Assembly (NCBI GenBank): GCA_943704425.1 | Contig: CALSCP010000945.1 | Location: 220,057-284,056 of the forward strand | Reading direction: 5' to 3' | Length of the DNA stretch: 64,000 nt | Source: Ministeria vibrans ATCC 50519 | Taxonomy: Eukaryota; Protista; Filasterea | The notes under the pieces: model-generated | Database searches by the model: none | What the model was told of the DNA's origin: nothing | What the model saw: the letters and a program-made list of their open reading frames with translations, nothing else | Part shown: positions 56,801-64,000 of the stretch, one piece after another | Layout of the letters: the number at the start of each line of letters is the position of its first letter | Numbering within the stretch: position 1 is the first letter of the stretch | Made by a program: the position numbers and the translations under genes

Positions 56801-58292
56801 TGCGCACACGCGGTCACGACGGTGTGTACCGCAGCCGCTCGGTGCTTCCCGACGAGCAGGGCGTGTTCGACGACGAAGAGGCTGTCTATGGCAACCGCGT
56901 CGACGAGGGTGCTGTCTATGGCAACCGCGCCGTTGACGAGGGCGCCGTCTACGGCAACAACGTTGGCGGTGAGGATGCCACGTACGGCAACCGCAACAAC
57001 TTTGGCGACGACGAAGAGGAGTACGCGGCGACTGCCGTGAAGATTGGCCGCCAGGAAGAGCGTCTGGTGCCCAAGGGCATTCAGCTGTCGGCACCTCAGG
57101 CATCCTCGAGCATTGCCCGTCAATACGACGTTGTGACCTCAGAGCCCGGTGATGACTACCGCAAGTACGCTGAGGCTGCCGCTCGTGGTGATGCCGACGA
57201 GGTCATCTACTCGCGCGTGTTTGTGGCTAAGAAGAGCAAGGCGAAGGGCGACCGTGCCGACTCGCGCAACGTCTTTTCGCTGACGGGCGCCACCGAAGGC
57301 GAGTCGGTGGCGAACAACATGCAGCTGAGCCGCACTCAGTCGTGTTTCCGTTCGGCCAATGCTGCGGCCACGTCGGACTTTGTGCCTGAAATTGCCGATC
57401 TGGCCGGAAACTTTTACCCGCGCGAGTGGCTCACCAAGGTGTGCGAGCTTGGCGACGGCGAGTTCGGTCAGGTGGTGCAGGCGAGCACTGACGACGGTGG
57501 TTCGCGCCCCGAGAAGTACATGGTCGCTGTCAACTTTTTGGACGAGCAGGCGACTCCACGCGAGCGCAGCGCGTTCATCCGCGAGGCTCGTCTTATGGCC
57601 ATGTTCTCTCACCCGAATGTGTTGAACCTCGTTGGTGTGTGCACTCCGGATCAGCCTTGGCTGCTCCTCACCGAGTTCTGCCAGTACGGCGACTTGCGCA
57701 ACTTCCTGCGTCGCTGTGCCACGACCGAGTCGCTCAAGGTTACGTACGCCGACCAACTGGGCATCGCCGCGCAGATTGCCGAGGCTATGCAGTACCTGTC
57801 AACCAAGTTGTTTGTGCATCGCGACGTGTCGGCGCGCAACTGCTACGTGTGTGAAGGTGGCGTCGTCAAGCTTGGTGGCTTCGGTCTAGCTCGTCAGCTC
57901 ATGGGCGAGGAGGACTTTTACTCGGTGCAGTCGCGTGGTCGCCTGCCTGTGCGCTGGATGGCGCTCGAGTCATTGACGCACCAGCGCTTCACCGTCAAGT
58001 CGGATGTGTGGTCGTACGGTGTGCTTCTTTGGGAGATTGCGACGTTTGGTACGGCGCGTCCTTTCAAGGAGCTCAAGCCGCCGCGCATGATTGAGGCACT
58101 GCTCGAAGGGCGCCGTCTGGCACGACCCCGCGGGTGCCCGGTGCAGCTGCACAAGCTCATGTTGGAGTGCTGGAACCGCGACCCGACCATGCGGCCGACC
58201 TTTGTCGAGTTGTCCGAGGAACTCGCGGAGATGGCATCGCGTGCCGAGAAGGCCTGCGGTCACACCGCCGACCTGGGTCTGTCCCTGGACCA
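48222..58292 (+). CDS. Giant receptor tyrosine (pseudo)kinase: signal peptide, L domain, EGF, SBBP-like beta-propeller, 26 tandem EGF, ZU5-like, EGF, TM, Tyr-motif array, TK fold; 3' end lost in the gap
   Basis: Exon 1 MKLIIATLVVALALLHQAHA; L domain FKNCVTLAGDLEI..LKTINGRLYL; Ca-binding EGF repeats; TM about 54985-55038 followed by KRRRLRK; TK motifs LGDGEFG, HRDVSARN, LPVRWMALE, SDVWSYG. Confidence 0.9.
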
Positions 58293-59225
58293 NNNNNNNN
58301 NNNNNNNNNNNNNNNNNNNNNNNNNNNNNNNNNNNNNNNNNNNNNNNNNNNNNNNNNNNNNNNNNNNNNNNNNNNNNNNNNNNNNNNNNNNNNNNNNNNN
58401 NNNNNNNNNNNNNNNNNNNNNNNNNNNNNNNNNNNNNNNNNNNNNNNNNNNNNNNNNNNNNNNNNNNNNNNNNNNNNNNNNNNNNNNNNNNNNNNNNNNN
58501 NNNNNNNNNNNNNNNNNNNNNNNNNNNNNNNNNNNNNNNNNNNNNNNNNNNNNNNNNNNNNNNNNNNNNNNNNNNNNNNNNNNNNNNNNNNNNNNNNNNN
58601 NNNNNNNNNNNNNNNNNNNNNNNNNNNNNNNNNNNNNNNNNNNNNNNNNNNNNNNNNNNNNNNNNNNNNNNNNNNNNNNNNNNNNNNNNNNNNNNNNNNN
58701 NNNNNNNNNNNNNNNNNNNNNNNNNNNNNNNNNNNNNNNNNNNNNNNNNNNNNNNNNNNNNNNNNNNNNNNNNNNNNNNNNNNNNNNNNNNNNNNNNNNN
58801 NNNNNNNNNNNNNNNNNNNNNNNNNNNNNNNNNNNNNNNNNNNNNNNNNNNNNNNNNNNNNNNNNNNNNNNNNNNNNNNNNNNNNNNNNNNNNNNNNNNN
58901 NNNNNNNNNNNNNNNNNNNNNNNNNNNNNNNNNNNNNNNNNNNNNNNNNNNNNNNNNNNNNNNNNNNNNNNNNNNNNNNNNNNNNNNNNNNNNNNNNNNN
59001 NNNNNNNNNNNNNNNNNNNNNNNNNNNNNNNNNNNNNNNNNNNNNNNNNNNNNNNNNNNNNNNNNNNNNNNNNNNNNNNNNNNNNNNNNNNNNNNNNNNN
59101 NNNNNNNNNNNNNNNNNNNNNNNNNNNNNNNNNNNNNNNNNNNNNNNNNNNNNNNNNNNNNNNNNNNNNNNNNNNNNNNNNNNNNNNNNNNNNNNNNNNN
59201 NNNNNNNNNNNNNNNNNNNNNNNNN
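58293..59225. other. Assembly gap (933 N); two further 10-N gaps at 37764-37773 and 43341-43350
   Basis: Runs of N in the sequence. Confidence 1.
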
Positions 59226-59309
59226 ACACACACCACAAAGACACAAAAAAAAAAAACACCGTATTAAAAACATACAACATTTTGTATTTTATTAGAGAGT
59301 TTTTTGTGC

Positions 59310-60298
59310 CTTTTCTTCTTCGCGCAGAGTGTGAAGGGAGACGCGTTGGAGCTCTCTTGCCGTTTCACAATATAATTCAAACTTGGGCGATGCGCCAATA
59401 CCTACAAAGGAGAGAAAAAAGAAAAACGCAATTAGTTTATATTGTTTAAGTATGGGTCGATCTGTTGACCTGAGTAGTCGACGAAGCGACCGTCATCGGA
59501 GAGGAATTCGGCGTAGAGGGAGAGGATGTTTTTTCTGAGGCGTTGAGAGAGGAGGAGGGCGGAGAGGGGAGCTTTGAGGGAGAGAGGGGAGGCATTGAGA
59601 GCGGTGGGGTGGTCGTCCCAGAGGAAGCGATAGAGGATGTCGGGCGAGTCGCTGAAGGAAGCGGTGGCGGCAACGCCGTTGCTGACGACGCGAAGGAACA
59701 TGCGGTTGCGTAGGAGGTCGGCTGTTTCAATGGCGGCCGGGCGTGAGTGGAATTGGTGCTGGACGAGCCAGTCGACTAAGGCGCTCCCGCTGAAGCACCG
59801 CTCGACGTGCGAGTACGCGAATCCAAGGAAGCTTCGCGAGACGGTGGCGACGGGGAGGCCCTCTTGGCCACGGAGCTCTTCGACAAGACTCGCCAGCGGG
59901 TCCTTCCGTTGCTCTGTGTGCCCAGGAGCGGGTGCGTGCTCATTTGATAAGGAGGACGATTTTTCCGGTTGCGCTTCGAGTGGCGCCACGACACGTTTTA
60001 TTGCCACCTGGGGCACGGGGGTCGCCTGCGCACACGAAACACTCACGTCAGGAGTGGATTTCCCCTGCCGCCGAGGTCTCGTGGTCGCTGTGGGCGATGG
60101 CGAGTTGGATGCGGTTGCGGTTGACGGGACCGGATGAAATTCGACAATGGCGCTGTCGTGGGGCTCGCCAACGAGGGCAGCGGCGACGGACGTGACCGTC
60201 TCCGACATGAAGCCGTCTTGGTCCCTGTGGGGAGCGCGTAAGACGCGTCCGTTGTGTGCGCGCACCGTCGTCAATGAAATCTCCGTCTCTGATGACAT
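59310..60298 (-). CDS. DEP domain plus DUF547 protein, 3' part lost in the gap
   Basis: DEP motif CFSGSALVDWL...FSD...LYRF, then FLSDDGRFVDYS-GIGASPKFELY...ELQRVSL...EEK, which leads into DUF547. Confidence 0.75.
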
Positions 60299-60547
60299 GC
60301 CTGAAGAATAGGGGGCGGGGGGCGACACCTATAGCGGAGGGACGTCGAGAGAAAGAGAGAGAGAGAGAGAGAGAGACGCGGAGGAAGACAACAAAAAGTT
60401 AATTTGACAGTATTTATTTTGACTTTCACTTGGGTGATGAATAGCGTGACTGAACATTATAATCGAAACTCAAAAAGGTCATCTTCTTTCTTTTCTTTCT
60501 TTTCTTTTCAAAGATCAATGATTGGTACTATTGATTTTCAGACAGTT

Positions 60548-62773
60548 TCAAGCGTATGAGTCGGTGTTAAAGGGAACGGCCATGTCGGAGTGGTCGTGGA
60601 GCTGGATGTGAGAGGAGGCTGAGGAGGAGGAGCGTCGACGGCTCTTGGCCACAATGACACCCAAGAAGACGCCGCCCACAATAATGCCCAGAATGATACC
60701 GGCGACGGCGGCGTCGGAGAGGCCCTTTGAGGATGGAGACACATTGTTGTTGTTGTTGTTGTTGCTACTGTCGGTGGTGGTGGCGGTGATGACGGTGCAG
60801 GCAAAGTGCTGGCCAAAGGAGTCAACGAGGTACAGGGCGTGACCCACAATGGATTGGGCGCCGTGCAGTGGCACACCCTCGAGCGTGAATACCTGCTGGG
60901 TAGCGCCGGTAGCGGGCAGAATAAGCGGACTGCCCGCCTTACCACTGAGATCGCCCACGGCACAGCCGTCGGTCTGATTGAATGGGGAGCAGTCGGTGGC
61001 GGGATAGACAACGCGTGCGGGATTGTACACACCAGGAGTGCTTGCACACGAGCCACTTGTGTCCACATACCACACGCCGACAGTGACGGCTGCGGCAGAC
61101 ACGCTCAGCGAGATGGACACGGTCGTCTGCGACACGCTCTGCACACCCGATGGGGGCAGGGTCTCGTTGAATTGCACTGTGCCAGACACCTGGTCACTGT
61201 CAAAGTGCGCCAAAGCACTCCACTGAGTGTACGACGACGTGGGAGTGAACGCCAGCGAGGCACACGTGCTGCTATCGGCCACAAAGGCACGGCTCACAAA
61301 CGAGTAGGCGCCCCACAGCGGCGCATTAAAGTCCTGAAGCACGGCCCCGTCGGTAAGCACACCCCATCGGCCCGACAGATCTCCCAGACGACAGTCGGCA
61401 AAGCGAAAGGGGCTCGTGGTGGTGCACCTGTCATCATAGAGCGTCTCATTGACGTGTGTGGGGTCGTACGGGAGCACACCCTGAGCAGACGCCTGACACG
61501 ACGGCGGCGGCTCGTGCACAGCCCACTCGGTGAGAGGAGAGGTGAGCTCGGCCGTGATGAGTGTCGGCGAGAACTCATCCCATTGTGCGAGCGTTACAGT
61601 GCCCTGAGGCACCTGTACACTCACTGTGGGGACATCCACTTCAACCAACGTGGCACATGCGACCATAAAGGGCGACCCATCGGCCACTTCAATCGACACA
61701 CTCCGCCCCACAATGGAGTTGGCACCCGACAGCGACACAAACGGATCGGTGAGGGTGTCACGGGCCGGCACCTGCACATAGTGCGGCTGCTGCGTGAAGT
61801 TGCGTGCCATGCGCGTGCACTCATCCTTGTCGAGTCTATAGACATGAAAGCAAAGAAGTGAGTGTGTAAGCACTTCTTTGTGCTGTATATGTGCATAAGT
61901 GCTTATGCACATGGTGTGTGTTTGTATGTCTTTGCGCAGTGTGTTGTGTGTGTTTGTGTGTGTTTGTATGTCTTTGCGCAGTGTGTGGTGTATGTTTGTG
62001 TGTTTGTGCTGTATATGTGCATGAGTGTGCACATGGTGTGTGTAGTGTGACTTTGGTACTGCGTGTGTTTGTCTTTGTGTTGTGCGTGCGGTTACATGTT
62101 TGCGAGATGACAGAGTCGTTCGATCTCTTTGAAGTCCGTTGAACCAGTGAGAATGTCGAGGAGTGGATCAAAGACGCCACCGGCACTGGCACAGCGTGCC
62201 TCGGCGGGCGTCTCAATGGCTCCATCGCCGTCCTGTTGGAAAATTTCAACAATAATTTTTATGATAACAATAATCATTTACAATACGATAAAGTATTTTC
62301 TCATTATACCGTGACGGGTTTGACGCGAATCTTGTAGACAAAGATGTTGCCAGCGGGACGCTGGAGGATCTCGGGAGGCACTGAGTAGTTTGTGGCGGAG
62401 TTGTAGTCGAGAGTTGTGGTGAGTGTCACCTGGGCGGTGGGGTCGTCATAGGGCTGCGAGAACACCATTGAGCCGGCGAGAATGGAGTCGGGGAGGAACT
62501 CGGCAACGACGTAGCGCATTTTCTTAGCGGGTGCGGTCATGGCAATGTTGGTGCAGGCAAGCGGCCATTTGTGATTCCAAGCGGGATAAGTGGTGAACTG
62601 TTGAAAGATGTACAGTCCATGGCCGACAATAGAAGAAATGCCAATAAGGTGAAGGTTGGGATCGACAATCTGAAAGGCGCCGTTGGGGAAGGCGCCGAAC
62701 TTCATGGCCAGGTCGCCCTCTTTGCAGCCTGAAAGAAAGAAAGAAAAAAAGAAAGAAAGAAAGAAAGAGAGAA

Positions 62774-62804
<31 letters not shown>

Positions 62805-63367
62805 AAACAAAGTGATAGAGAGTGACACACAAAGTGATAGAGAGACACACAAAGTAATAGAGAGACACACAAAGTGATAGAGAGAGACACACAACGTGAT
62901 AGAGAGAGAGACAAAGTAATAGAGAGAGTTCAGAGAGAGGGAGTTAAGAAAAAAAAGTGCAGGTCAAAATTAGGTCTGGCCGGAGCGGACCTTGAGGAAA
63001 GGAGGTTGAGCAGGGGAAGGTAGTGTTGACGACGGTGGGGTTGAAGGGGTCGATGTTGCGCTGGGGGCATTCGTGGGTGATACTGCGTCGAATTCCGACG
63101 ATAAGTCGATTGTTGGACGGCAATCCCTTGAGATTCGATGAAATCACGACGGGACTCGTCGCGTTGAGCTGGAAGAAGCTAACCGTCCCCTGGATAGACG
63201 GGTGGTTCACAAAGACAGCCTCCGCAGTCACTTAGAGCGAAACAAACCGCGTGAGTGATTTTTTTTTTCTCTCTAATTGTCTGTGTGTAAATCGTACTTG
63301 AGCTGTCCGTGGCCCCAACCAGACCAAGGCTGGTTAATGCCACGACAAGACATATAATAGGCGACAT
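60548..63367 (-). CDS. Type I membrane protein with four Cu/Zn-SOD-fold repeats (CSRP-like), multi-exon
   Basis: Signal peptide; repeated GTV.F.Q ... C ... F/YNP ... C..GDL ... L.G..SIVG ... AC units; TM AVAGIILGIIVGGVFLGVIVA followed by KSRRR. Confidence 0.75.
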
Positions 63368-63912
63368 TACACTGGAAGTCTGCAGTGCGCTATTGAAATT
63401 GTTGTGAAATCACTGAAATGTGAAAATTGAAATGTAAAGATAAGGAATAACGACTAACGGAATTTCGGAAGTACGAAACGTACCCGATATCGATCAGTCA
63501 TGAGAATTGAGAATTAGATAATTGTACAATCCTTAAGGGTACTCAAGGCAGGGGGTTGTAAAACAAGTGTTAACCGACGTGAACAATGGTAAGACACACA
63601 CGCAGTACACACATCAGCTGTTGGTTTGACTCTTTCAATGTCAATGCATAGAATCGTCGATGCAACATTCGCCTGAGCGACGCAGACGACCTGGAGAAGC
63701 GCAGCGACCTCCATGTTCGACGGTACCATGTATGGTAAGAAGCATGCATCGACACAAGAGACACTGTTGCTCACATTGGGTTGTTTCAGGCACGCCGAGC
63801 AACATGTGTATGTGACGCGATGGGAAAAGTCGGGCGCACGCGAGAATCTGGCGGGAATTACGTTGTACGTCCATGGCATCAGGTGAGACTGCCACTTGTG
63901 TGTATGCTGTAC

Positions 63913-64000
<88 letters not shown>

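Noticed and set aside
51709-57123. Long antisense ORFs (430, 315 and 643 aa) opposite the receptor
   Set aside because: Shadows of GC-rich, codon-biased repetitive coding sequence; no domain signal.
57970-59449. ORFs spanning the N run, and the 3469-aa length given for the receptor
   Set aside because: Artefacts of translating Ns; the real C-terminus is unknown.
63514-63900. Overlapping short minus-strand ORFs at the window end
   Set aside because: Possibly the last exons of an upstream gene, but the frame and identity cannot be determined.

Overview
This is a compact, intron-rich eukaryotic window with about 20 protein-coding genes, short GT-AG introns often filled with CA/GA microsatellites, AT-rich intergenic spacers and three N gaps. 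The gene set (holozoan-type tyrosine kinase, ANKRD11/12, PRRC2, WDR47, ARL16, Tctex-1) points to a flagellated unicellular holozoan, probably choanoflagellate-like (inference). Recognised genes in order: SAM-TKL kinase, WDR47, secreted L-domain protein, PRRC2-like, RBM39-like, OSBP-related protein, ARL16, P4-ATPase, ANKRD11/12-like, DYNLT, TMEM143-like, ATP synthase g, SRP14 (3' half), CCDC137, GH3 xylosidase (3' part), 6PGD, Cas1/RWA acetyltransferase, DUF4062-NACHT-LRR, a giant EGF-repeat receptor, DEP-DUF547 and a SOD-repeat membrane protein. Main findings: (1) an apparent single spliced gene fusing an SLC38/Aa_trans-type transporter to an APH-like phosphotransferase; (2) a >3100-aa receptor with a pseudo-tyrosine-kinase, 23 YGN (Grb2-type) and 5 YGEF (Src-substrate-type) motifs, and a prohormone-like cleavage cassette in its ectodomain; (3) an NLR-like DUF4062-NACHT-LRR gene; (4) a plant/algal-type 6PGD next to an RWA-type acetyltransferase; (5) an ATP synthase g gene split by a 3.7-kb block with truncated genes at both ends, probably a misassembly. 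All gene models were spliced by eye, and family calls rest on recalled motifs, not database searches.
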